Origin: an uncultured Bacteroidales bacterium
GTDB taxonomy: Bacteria; Bacteroidota; Bacteroidia; Bacteroidales; JAAAOM01
NCBI GenBank assembly: GCA_964652315.1
Contig: CAZZBU010000007.1
Coordinates: forward strand, 1-60,351
Direction of reading: 5' to 3'
DNA length: 60,351 nucleotides
In this document: positions 40,019 through 49,377 of the stretch, in pieces
Layout: every line of letters starts with the position of its first letter
Numbering within the stretch: the stretch's first letter is position 1
Notes under the pieces: model-generated
Database searches by the model: none
The model's input: the letters and a program-made list of their open reading frames with translations, nothing else
What the model was told of the DNA's origin: nothing
Translations under genes and position numbers: made by a program

Positions 40019-43000
40019 CTATTCATTGTGCAACACCAATGAGATTCGTTTTCTTCCATCCATCATCACAGTTAATGGTTTATCAAATCGAATGTGTTTA
40101 AAATACTTTTTTTCCTCCATAATTTTTTGCTGATTGATAACCTTCCAGTTCAGGCACTCATCAACCTCGCTTTCAGTGATTGAGAAATAACCGACATTCA
40201 TTGAGGTAACATTATGAAAAAAGTGCGATCCAAGAGATGCATCAAGCGGAAACCCCTGCAATCCTAATTCTACAATAATCTTTGCATGCGATATTTGTGG
40301 CCAACTAACAGGGACCCCGATATATTTATCCCTTGTGCCCCACCTGCCAGGCCCTATCAAAATATATTTTTTCCCTTCCTGTTTAAGTTTTTTATTGAAA
40401 GCACCAACTTCTTCTGCCATGATTTCTGTAGCCATTTTATCAAATCTGCCAGGCTCAATAATAATAATGTCTGCTAGGTTTTCTATCAGTCCGTTTCCCA
40501 GGCTTCGTTGTGTATATAATAACCAGTTAGGATATTCATCTTTTTCTTTTTCAATGGTATAATCCTCGGCATTTTCCAAAAGGGGCTTCATCTGGAGGAG
40601 ATAAAAGGATGGAAGAGAATTGGGTTTTTCATTCAGATTGACGGCAAATTCCAGCTCAACCGGTGCCCCAAGCGCTTCATGAAAAACATTAAGCATCACT
40701 TCTATAGTTTTTGCCATGGGGATGTATTCATACTTAATGATATTAGCAAAGTTAAGAATACGGGGCCCGGCTTTATCAAGGCCTGGCTGAATGGTATCGT
40801 TATTCTCATTATACACTGAAGCCAGGTGTTTTAAGGTGCCGTGTTTTTCAGCTTCATAGATTGACAACCGGTCAAGGCAGGTACTGTCACCATCAATGGT
40901 TAGATCAATGTTGTTGTTATCCATGTTTAGGGCGTAGAACTCGGTTTGTGTATTTATTATCTGATCTTTGGGTGATGTGATTTCAAGCGTTGGGAATTTG
41001 GGTGAGAACCGGTAGGCTTTTTCGCCCTCTACAATATATTTACCAAGACCCAGGCCTACAACAGCAAATCCATCTGAAGGCTCCATGTGGGCTATTGGGT
41101 AAAAATTATGTGATTGACAATTTCCGCTTATGGTAGGGTAGTGGTGTTTCCCGTATTGATTACCAACTACTTCCTGTATTATAACTGCCATCTTTTCCTC
41201 CTCAATTTTATGATTCACTGCTTCAAAATACAATCTGGCTGAGGGAGAAAAAACGGAGGCATACACCAGTTTAATGGCATCTTTCAGTTGATTGAGACGG
41301 ATTTTATCATCAGGATGATTATTAGGAATCAGATAAGTATCAAAAATGCCCGAAAACGGTTGCATGGTAGAGTCTTCAAAAAGGCTCGATGATCGAACGG
41401 CAAGGGGCTGTTTTACTTCTTTTATAAATTCTCGGAGTTTTTTGGCCAGATCATAACTAAGCTTTGCATTTACAAAGTGAGTACATATTGTATTGAAGTT
41501 TTGCTCCGTCATAACTATCTCGTAGAGCTTATTCTTTTCCATAAATACGTCAAACTCATCTGTACCGATTATTGAAGTGCGGGGGGTCTTTACAGTGATT
41601 CCGGGGATTATCTCTTTAAAGTTAATGTTATGCACCAGGGTGTTGATGAAAGCCAAGCCTCGTCCTTTGCCGCCAAGAGCTCCCGGCCCAAGGCTTACTA
41701 TGCTGGTTTCATCATGCACGGCTTTTGAATTGTAGTTCACTATACGCCCGGTACTGGCTTCATTGCGATATTTTTGAATAATTAACCGTAAATAACTTCT
41801 GAATTCCTGAGGAGAATTGAAGTCCGATATTTTTATCGGATTGATCATCCTGGCAATTTTTATTTCACCACGGGCCATTAGCCAAAGTGAAAAATGATTG
41901 CGGCGACCATGATAAGTCAACGATTCTTCCGGAACAATATCGATATATTTTTCAAACTCAAGCAAGTTTCGGGCCTCTGCAATCACATGTCCTTTTGAAT
42001 CTCTGTAAATAAAGTTTCCAAAACCCAGATAATGGTTAATGAAGCTTTTAACATCCTGAATCAGGGTATCAGAGTTTTTGTTTATAAATATCGATTTTAA
42101 TTTATGAGCCTGATGTGCGTTTGCCGGATCTGAAGACTGAATGATGGTAGGTAAATCTTCATACTGTTTGCGTATTGTTTTTACCAGTTCAAATCCCGCA
42201 TTCTCAGTTAGTTTACCATTTCTGGTGAATTTCACATCGGTAATGAGGCATAAAAGATGATCCTGGTACTCAGTGAAAAAATCAATGGCCTCTTCATAGG
42301 TTGTGGCAAGAATCACTTTTGGACGGGCACGATAACGGAGCACCTTGTACATTTCATCGGTTTTCACATCTTCCATGATTCGTCGGGTCTGCTCCATTAC
42401 ACTATTGTATAACAACGGTAAATATTTGGAGTAGTATTTTACAGAATCTTCAACCAGTAAGATTATTTTTACCATCCCGATATCCGTATCATTCTTTATA
42501 TTGACCCTATCTTCAAGATGTTTAACCATGGCGAAAAACACTTTTGCATCGCCATTCCAAATAAACATACGATCAATATGCTTTAACTTTAATGGATTTG
42601 AGAAAAACTCCAAATCAAGGTTGTTGTTTAACAGAAGATAGATTGGCATGTAAGGGAAAAGCTTTTTAATTTTTTCGCTCCCTCTTAAAGGTGCCTGTTT
42701 ATCAGTACCAACAATAAGGATTACCATATCAAAATGTGTGTGTTGTAGTTTTGAAATGGCCTCCTGATAACTGGTTACGCCGGTAATGCGTGGCATTGAG
42801 GTGAGATTGAGTTGATGATATTCACCAAGAATGTGTTCAGCAAACCGGCCTTCACGTTCAATGCAATAGGCATCGTAGAGGGTGGCAACCAGAAGGATTT
42901 CTTTTACATTAAATGGCTGCAGGTCATGAAAAATGTCACGGTTGCTATTGTATTTATTTAACAGGATTTGCAATAGTTGACGGCTGTTGTAGGTGCCTTC

Positions 43001-43462
43001 TTTGATTTCAAGAATTTCCTGCTCGTAGTTTTCGTTTTTAAGTGTTTTTTTTAGTACTATCTGTGCTTCAAATGAATTGATGAAGTTGGTAATCATACTG
43101 CAAAGGTTGTTCAGCAAATGCCTTTCTTCATAGAGGAAAGGGCCTTCGTCTTCCTCGGGGTGCCTGCTTAGATAATATATTTCAATCGCTCCTCTGCGTT
43201 CAGTCAGCGTTATAAAAGACTGGCTTTGTCTCCAGTTCGATTCTTGAAATCCTGGAGAAGTGTATTTTTCATCTTCATAATAAATCCGTGCCCGTGTATC
43301 AGATGGGTATTGCCAGGCATCAGGCAGTATGCGGACAATTTGCTGTAAGGTAACCGGAATGCTCTTACCTTCCCTGATGATTTGGGTTGTCTGGTTGATA
43401 CAGGTCAGCTCCTTAATTCGCTCTTTATTTTCTTCGAGTAATTTTTGATATTTATTCTTCAC
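40019..43462 (-). CDS. GAF-like / receiver / PPDK_N ATP-grasp / phospho-His-swivel-like protein, paralog 2
   Basis: N-terminal ERIKEL..WQYP..GPFL.EE domain; receiver LLVED, CLITD, QSS, FINK; GGKGRG, AVRSSS.FED; C-terminal LGSHFFHN; GTG start. Confidence 0.85.
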   Translation of the reverse strand: MKNKYQKLLEENKERIKELTCINQTTQIIREGKSIPVTLQQIVRILPDAWQYPSDTRARIYYEDEKYTSPGFQESNWRQSQSFITLTERRGAIEIYYLSRHPEEDEGPFLYEERHLLNNLCSMITNFINSFEAQIVLKKTLKNENYEQEILEIKEGTYNSRQLLQILLNKYNSNRDIFHDLQPFNVKEILLVATLYDAYCIEREGRFAEHILGEYHQLNLTSMPRITGVTSYQEAISKLQHTHFDMVILIVGTDKQAPLRGSEKIKKLFPYMPIYLLLNNNLDLEFFSNPLKLKHIDRMFIWNGDAKVFFAMVKHLEDRVNIKNDTDIGMVKIILLVEDSVKYYSKYLPLLYNSVMEQTRRIMEDVKTDEMYKVLRYRARPKVILATTYEEAIDFFTEYQDHLLCLITDVKFTRNGKLTENAGFELVKTIRKQYEDLPTIIQSSDPANAHQAHKLKSIFINKNSDTLIQDVKSFINHYLGFGNFIYRDSKGHVIAEARNLLEFEKYIDIVPEESLTYHGRRNHFSLWLMARGEIKIARMINPIKISDFNSPQEFRSYLRLIIQKYRNEASTGRIVNYNSKAVHDETSIVSLGPGALGGKGRGLAFINTLVHNINFKEIIPGITVKTPRTSIIGTDEFDVFMEKNKLYEIVMTEQNFNTICTHFVNAKLSYDLAKKLREFIKEVKQPLAVRSSSLFEDSTMQPFSGIFDTYLIPNNHPDDKIRLNQLKDAIKLVYASVFSPSARLYFEAVNHKIEEEKMAVIIQEVVGNQYGKHHYPTISGNCQSHNFYPIAHMEPSDGFAVVGLGLGKYIVEGEKAYRFSPKFPTLEITSPKDQIINTQTEFYALNMDNNNIDLTIDGDSTCLDRLSIYEAEKHGTLKHLASVYNENNDTIQPGLDKAGPRILNFANIIKYEYIPMAKTIEVMLNVFHEALGAPVELEFAVNLNEKPNSLPSFYLLQMKPLLENAEDYTIEKEKDEYPNWLLYTQRSLGNGLIENLADIIIIEPGRFDKMATEIMAEEVGAFNKKLKQEGKKYILIGPGRWGTRDKYIGVPVSWPQISHAKIIVELGLQGFPLDASLGSHFFHNVTSMNVGYFSITESEVDECLNWKVINQQKIMEEKKYFKHIRFDKPLTVMMDGRKRISLVLHNE

Positions 43463-43692
43463 TGGTAATGCACTGTTATTTTATCAAAACACAATAGGGA
43501 TTTACTCATTCGTGTTGCATGTTAACAACAATTCGATGATCGATGGGATTTATCCTTCCGAAAAGGTAAGAAAAAAATGGGATAATGCAAGGGATATGTT
43601 CCTGGGTAAGGAAACAAAAAAAAACCAACACAGATAAATTGATTCTGCATTGGATTCCATTTTGCAACTAAGCAAAATATGATGTCTTATCT

Positions 43693-44721
43693 CTAATTTA
43701 TTCTGAACACATTGCCACTATGTAGCAGGTCGTTTACTGACTTTTGAGCGTTATGTTCTTTTGCGGCGGTGATTTGCTCTTCCAGGGCATCTTCATAAAC
43801 AGGATGATCACACGAGCGAATAACTCCCATAGCTACAGGGTAATCGGGCAAAGTCATGCGTGAGAGCATATAATGACGGGTATCATCTGCATTCTTTGCA
43901 TCATGAATGAGAATGTCTTTTTTGGTGACACCATTTTCACCGATTTTTACAGATACGAATTTGGAACCCACCTGAACAATACCCCGGTCATTATTTTCGC
44001 CATAAATCATTGGTTTTCCATGTTCGAGGTATATCTGATTTTCTTTTCGTACCTCCTTACCGGTGATTTCCTTGTGAACCTCATTATTGAAGATTACACA
44101 ATTCTGGAGTATTTCAACCAATGAAGTTCCTTTGTGTTTTGCAGCTTCACGAAAGACTTCCTGCATCATCTTTGGTTCCGTATCTACAGTACGGGCGTAA
44201 AAGGTACCCATAGATCCCATCGCAAGCTCACCTGGTTTAAAGGGATTTTCAATGCTACCCTCGGGAGATGTTTTTGTTTTACTACCCCGTGGAGTAGTGG
44301 GAGAGTACTGTCCTTTTGTCAATCCGTAAATCTTATTGTTAAACAAAAGAATATTTATGTCAATGTTACGCCGCAATAAATGGATAAAATGGTTTCCTCC
44401 AATGGCCATAGAATCTCCATCACCGGTTATGACCCAAACACTGAGCTTTGGATTGGCAACTTTGATTCCTGATGCAATGGAAAATGCCCTGCCATGCAGG
44501 CTGTGAAAGCCATAAGCATCAATATAATATGGGAATCTGGATGAACATCCGATACCCGAAACAAATACCACATCCTCCACATCAACACCAACATATGGTA
44601 ATGCTTTACGCACGGAAGCAAGCACTGCATGTCCGCCACAACCGGCACACCATTTTACAGGTGTGTCAAGTTTAAAATGATCAGGAGTAATTAAAACTTC
44701 TTGTTCTGGATGTTTTGTCAT
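43693..44721 (-). CDS. korB: 2-oxoacid:ferredoxin oxidoreductase beta subunit
   Basis: WCAGCG, GIGCSSR, TPP motif GDGD...NN, YGLTKGQ.SPT. Confidence 0.9.
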   Translation of the reverse strand: MTKHPEQEVLITPDHFKLDTPVKWCAGCGGHAVLASVRKALPYVGVDVEDVVFVSGIGCSSRFPYYIDAYGFHSLHGRAFSIASGIKVANPKLSVWVITGDGDSMAIGGNHFIHLLRRNIDINILLFNNKIYGLTKGQYSPTTPRGSKTKTSPEGSIENPFKPGELAMGSMGTFYARTVDTEPKMMQEVFREAAKHKGTSLVEILQNCVIFNNEVHKEITGKEVRKENQIYLEHGKPMIYGENNDRGIVQVGSKFVSVKIGENGVTKKDILIHDAKNADDTRHYMLSRMTLPDYPVAMGVIRSCDHPVYEDALEEQITAAKEHNAQKSVNDLLHSGNVFRIN

Positions 44722-44722
44722 G

Positions 44723-46567
44723 TTATTTTTCCTCCAGTAATTCGTTAAACTTTTGTTTTAGTTCGGCAATCATAAATGGCAATCCCTGAACTTTATTGTA
44801 TTGATGATATGGGTATTCAGGCAACTGCGATCGAAGGTAATTGGCAAATTGCCCCATATTTAATTCACAAACCAGTATTTTATTAAATCTTGAAAACAAT
44901 TTCCCGGTATTTCTTGGAAGGGGTTTGATGTACTTGAACTGGGCAAGGCTAATTGATTTGCCTTCATCCTGCAATTCATGCACTGCAGTAATCAAGGCGC
45001 CATAAGTACCACCCCAGCCAACAACCAGCAATTCACCTTGGTCCTTTCCGATGATTTCCTGTTCAGGAATAAAATTGGCCACCCTTTGTACTTTTTCTTC
45101 ACGGATTTCAACCATAAGCTGGTGGTTAAAAGCATCATGTGATACTTCGCCGGTTACATCTGTTTTTTCAAGACCGCCAATTCGATGCCGTAGGCCTTTC
45201 TGACCGGGAATAGCCCAGTACCGCGATAACTTTTTGGGATCGCGATGGTATGGATAGTAATTCTTATCATTGTCCTCAACCATAGGAGCTTTAATAGGAT
45301 CTAAATGTTCTGTATTGGGTATCCCCCATAACTCTGAACCATTTGCCAGGTAGCCGTCAGTAAGAAGGATTACCGGAGTCATGTGTTCCATGGTAAGTTT
45401 TGCAGCAGTGTAAGCTGATTGAAAACAATCAGCCGGAGAAATGGCAGCCATAATGATGCATGGACTTTCACCATTTCGTCCGTACAATGCCTGCATCAAA
45501 TCTGATTGTTCTGTTTTTGTGGGTAATCCTGTTGATGGCCCTCCCCGCTGTACGTCTATAATAACCAGTGGTAACTCTGTCATGATGGCCAGGCCAATGG
45601 CCTCGCTTTTTAACGCCAGGCCGGGGCCGCTTGTGGTTGTTACTCCCAACCTGCCTGCAAAACTTGCGCCTATGGCAGAAGTAATCCCTGCTATTTCATC
45701 TTCCGCCTGAAAGGTAATCGCTCCAAGATGTTTCATTTTGGCCAGTTCCTGTAAAATCTCAGTAGCAGGAGTGATAGGGTAGGATCCCAGATAAAGTTTC
45801 CGTCCTGATTTTTCAGAGGCAGCAAGCAATCCCCATGCTGTTGCAACATTGCCGGTTATATTCCGGTACAGCCCTTTTTTGCTTTTTGAGGGACTTACCA
45901 GGTAAGTTGTCGACATGGCTTCTATAGTCTCGGCATAGTTGTACCCTGCTTTTAGCACTTCAATGTTTGCTTTGGTAAGTTCGGGTTTCGACTTGAACTT
46001 TTCTTTCAAAAAGTCTATCCCGATATTGATATCACGATTAAACAGCCAAAAAAGAATCCCCGCCACAAACTGATTCTTCGTTTTATCAGCAGTGCGGCTA
46101 TCAAGGCCAAAAGCTTTTACCGTTGATCGGGTTAGGTTTGTTATTGGTGCCTTTACCAGATTATAACCATCCAGGGTATTTTCATGTAAGGGATCTTCAA
46201 CAAAGCCTGCTTTTTTATAATGTTTATTGTCAAAATTATCAATATCAATAATGATGGTAGCACCTGATTTTACCCATTTCATATTGGCTTTTAAAGCAGC
46301 CGGGTTCAGCGCAACCAGTACATCAGCATAATCGCCTGGCGTTTGAACCTCCTTATGCCCAATGTGCACCTGAAAACCTGAAACCCCAGCAATAGTACCC
46401 TGCGGGGCCCTTATCTCCGAAGGATAATCAGGAAATGTTGATAAATCATTTCCTACAAATGCGGAAGTATCTGAAAATTGTGTTCCGGTAAGTTGCATTC
46501 CATCACCGGAGTCGCCTGCAAACTTTACAACCACCTCGTCGAGCTCAATGACTTTTGGATTTTTCAT
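44723..46567 (-). CDS. korA: 2-oxoacid:ferredoxin oxidoreductase alpha(+gamma) subunit
   Basis: GDSGDGMQ, YPITPA, QAEDE, TSGPG, QRGGPSTGLPT. Confidence 0.92.
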   Translation of the reverse strand: MKNPKVIELDEVVVKFAGDSGDGMQLTGTQFSDTSAFVGNDLSTFPDYPSEIRAPQGTIAGVSGFQVHIGHKEVQTPGDYADVLVALNPAALKANMKWVKSGATIIIDIDNFDNKHYKKAGFVEDPLHENTLDGYNLVKAPITNLTRSTVKAFGLDSRTADKTKNQFVAGILFWLFNRDINIGIDFLKEKFKSKPELTKANIEVLKAGYNYAETIEAMSTTYLVSPSKSKKGLYRNITGNVATAWGLLAASEKSGRKLYLGSYPITPATEILQELAKMKHLGAITFQAEDEIAGITSAIGASFAGRLGVTTTSGPGLALKSEAIGLAIMTELPLVIIDVQRGGPSTGLPTKTEQSDLMQALYGRNGESPCIIMAAISPADCFQSAYTAAKLTMEHMTPVILLTDGYLANGSELWGIPNTEHLDPIKAPMVEDNDKNYYPYHRDPKKLSRYWAIPGQKGLRHRIGGLEKTDVTGEVSHDAFNHQLMVEIREEKVQRVANFIPEQEIIGKDQGELLVVGWGGTYGALITAVHELQDEGKSISLAQFKYIKPLPRNTGKLFSRFNKILVCELNMGQFANYLRSQLPEYPYHQYNKVQGLPFMIAELKQKFNELLEEK

Positions 46568-46829
46568 CTAATCTTTGTCTTATGTATTGTACCTGGTGCC
46601 TTTGATAATATGTGAATGGATAAATGTTGATGTTTGTTTGACTGAAGCTATATTATTTAAATATTGATTGTTTTTAATTCTTAGTTTTTATTCTCTTTAG
46701 TTCATAATTTTCACAGATCGAAGTTCTGTTTTTGTTATTTATCTGCAAATGATTTAAATCAGTGATGAATTATTAGTAATAAATTGTTAAAGCATTGTAC
46801 TTTTACATTTTATTATAATGGGATGAGTT

Positions 46830-47351
46830 ATGGGATTAATTAAGTCAGTAAGAGGTTTTACCCCAAAATTAGGAAATGGTTGTTTTATAGCTGATAATGC
46901 CACTATTATCGGTGATGTTATTGCCGGTAACGGATGTTCTTTTTGGTTTAATACTGTATTGCGTGGTGATGTCAACTCAATTCGTATTGGTAATAATGTA
47001 AATATACAGGATGGTGCTGTTTTACATACTTTGTATCAAAAATCAGTAGTAGAAATTGGGGATAATGTTTCAATTGCGCATAATGCCATCATTCACGGTG
47101 CAAAAATTCATGCTAATGTGCTTATAGGTATGGGGGCAATTGTAATGGACCATGTAGAAATAGGCGAAAATTCAATAATTGCTGCAGGTGCCATTGTCCT
47201 TTCAAATACTAAGATTGATCCTGGTTCTGTATGGGGAGGTAATCCTGCAAAAAAGCTTAAGGATATTGAACCGGAACAGACAAAGGAAATGATAGAAAAA
47301 ATTGCCAGAAATTATGCCATGTATGCCAGTTGGTATAGTGAAGGAGAGTAG
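46830..47351 (+). CDS. Gamma-carbonic anhydrase family (hexapeptide repeat) protein
   Basis: LRGDVN, NIQDG..LH, IAH..IIHG, GNPAK. Confidence 0.9.
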   Translation: MGLIKSVRGFTPKLGNGCFIADNATIIGDVIAGNGCSFWFNTVLRGDVNSIRIGNNVNIQDGAVLHTLYQKSVVEIGDNVSIAHNAIIHGAKIHANVLIGMGAIVMDHVEIGENSIIAAGAIVLSNTKIDPGSVWGGNPAKKLKDIEPEQTKEMIEKIARNYAMYASWYSEGE

Positions 47352-47354
47352 GGC

Positions 47355-48182
47355 TTAAGGCAACGATATTTTTTTTGAAGCAACAGGTTCATTAAAGAAG
47401 ATGCTGGCATGCGCATCGAACATATCTGTTGAGTCTGTGGTGAAAAATTTAATGGAACTGTTACGGCTACATCTGGAATACATTTCATTATGCCTGAGCA
47501 GGTAACCAACAAGGCTTTTGCCAACAATTTCGCCTTGTTCCAGTACTTTCACGCCTGAAGGAATATATTTTTTTATCTTGGGTAATAACAAAGGATAATG
47601 TGTACACCCCAGGATCACAGTATCAATTTTGGAGGATTTAGAGAATAACCGGCTAATATTATTTTTTATAAAATAATCGGCTCCATCGTTTTTGTGCTCA
47701 TTATTTTCAACCAAAGGAACCCACATGGGACATGCTTCCTGAAATACCTGAGATTGAGGAAAATTTTTTTTAATCTCCAATGGATAGGAATTTGAACTAA
47801 TGGTTCCGTGCGTACCAAAAACACCAATATGTCCTGTGGTGCTTTCCCGGCCTACAATCTCGGTGGTGGGCCTAATAACGCCAAGTACACGTTTGTAGTC
47901 CTCCACGGTAGGTAGATACTGTTGTTGAATGCTTCGCAGCGCTTTTGAAGACGCAGTGTTACAAGCAAGAACAATCAGGGGACAGCCTAATTCAAAAAGT
48001 TTTTTAACTGCATCAAGGGTAAATTGGTAAATGGTTTCGAATGAACGGGTACCATAGGGCGTTCGGGCGTTATCGCCAAGGTAAACAAAATCGTGTTGAG
48101 GAAGGTGTTTTTTCAGGGCTTTCAGTACGGTAAGTCCACCGTAGCCTGAATCAAATACTCCTATGGGTCCTATTTGGTGCAT
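47355..48182 (-). CDS. murI: Glutamate racemase
   Basis: FDSGYGGL, PYG, ACNTAS, LGCTHYP. Confidence 0.95.
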   Translation of the reverse strand: MHQIGPIGVFDSGYGGLTVLKALKKHLPQHDFVYLGDNARTPYGTRSFETIYQFTLDAVKKLFELGCPLIVLACNTASSKALRSIQQQYLPTVEDYKRVLGVIRPTTEIVGRESTTGHIGVFGTHGTISSNSYPLEIKKNFPQSQVFQEACPMWVPLVENNEHKNDGADYFIKNNISRLFSKSSKIDTVILGCTHYPLLLPKIKKYIPSGVKVLEQGEIVGKSLVGYLLRHNEMYSRCSRNSSIKFFTTDSTDMFDAHASIFFNEPVASKKISLP

Positions 48183-48187
48183 GTCTT

Positions 48188-48220
48188 AAAAAAAAGCCAT
48201 TCAACAAATGCTGAATGGCT
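48188..48220 (-). terminator. Intrinsic terminator after ompH, ending 5 nt before the murI ATG
   Basis: AGCCATTCA/TGAATGGCT 9-bp stem followed by U8 on the minus strand. Confidence 0.7.
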
Positions 48221-48249
48221 CACTATGTATTTTAATACTCGTCATTTTA

Positions 48250-48753
48250 TTACAATCCAAGCTTTGCTTTTACATCTGGCAGGATATCTATAGCGTTTTC
48301 CGACATGTATATAAGCACGCCGGTGCTTGAATCAAAAACATAGGTATAGCCTTTTTCCTGTGCAACGTCTGAGATAGCTTTATTTGCTTTATCAAGAACA
48401 GGTTGGAATAATTGCGCCCTCAATTCCTGAATGGATTGACTGGCACTTGCTTCAAAGTTCTGAATTCGTTGTTGCAGGCTTTGAAGTTCTGCTTCTTTAT
48501 TTTGAATTATTACCTGTGATAGTTTTTCACGGTCAGCAAGGTATTGTTCAAGCTTGTTGTTGTATTCAACCTGCAGTTCTTCAAGTGTTTGCTCCAGGCT
48601 GGTCGCCTCTTGCTGAATTTGGGCCATGGCCGAATCACTCTCAGGCATCGCGGCAATAAGCTCTTCAGTATTGATGTGTGCATATTTCTGAGCATGTAAT
48701 GCAGTTACAGAAAACATCAGGGTAACAATTCCCAGTAGAATAATTCTCTTCAT
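48250..48753 (-). CDS. ompH: OmpH/Skp family periplasmic chaperone
   Basis: Signal peptide AQ, helical body, GYTYVFD; bamA operon. Confidence 0.88.
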   Translation of the reverse strand: MKRIILLGIVTLMFSVTALHAQKYAHINTEELIAAMPESDSAMAQIQQEATSLEQTLEELQVEYNNKLEQYLADREKLSQVIIQNKEAELQSLQQRIQNFEASASQSIQELRAQLFQPVLDKANKAISDVAQEKGYTYVFDSSTGVLIYMSENAIDILPDVKAKLGL

Positions 48754-48836
48754 TGGTCTCTTTTTAAGTTTTATATTAGATGATTCTTATTATTACTTAT
48801 TTATCTGTCTGAAAATTTTTTTACAAAAGTATAAGA

Positions 48837-49352
48837 TTAATTTTTATAACCTAATTTTGTTAATACTTCATCACTAACGTCGTTTTTAGGATTGGTATAC
48901 AGCATACTCGGCCCACTCGCACTGTCAAATATCACTGCATAATTACCTTCGGTAGCAATTTCTTTTACTGCCCGGTAAATTTCATCCTGAACAGGTTTGA
49001 TAAGTTCCTGACGTTTTTGAAATAATTCACCTTCACGGCCAAAGTACTGATTTTGAAGTTCTTTAACTGCTTTTTCGCGTTCAATAATCTCCTCTTCGCG
49101 TTTTGCCTTCATCTCTTCAGTAAGGAGCACTTTCTCAGCCTGGTAGTTTTTATATAAGGTTTCAATTTCATCATACTCTTGCTGGATTTCCTTTTCCCAT
49201 TCTTCAGAAAGGCTATTGATTTGTTCCTGCGCAGCTTTATATGCCGGTATATTTGTCAATAAATACTCTGTATCAACAAATGCAAACCGTTGGGCATTTA
49301 GACCTAAAATTGTAAGGAATGTAAGTGTGAATACTATTGTTACTTTTTTCAT
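48837..49352 (-). CDS. ompH: OmpH/Skp family periplasmic chaperone
   Basis: AQRFAFVDTEY, FG.EGEL..KR.EL.KP.QD; bamA operon. Confidence 0.9.
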   Translation of the reverse strand: MKKVTIVFTLTFLTILGLNAQRFAFVDTEYLLTNIPAYKAAQEQINSLSEEWEKEIQQEYDEIETLYKNYQAEKVLLTEEMKAKREEEIIEREKAVKELQNQYFGREGELFQKRQELIKPVQDEIYRAVKEIATEGNYAVIFDSASGPSMLYTNPKNDVSDEVLTKLGYKN

Positions 49353-49377
49353 AAGATTATTTTTTTACCTATTAAAC

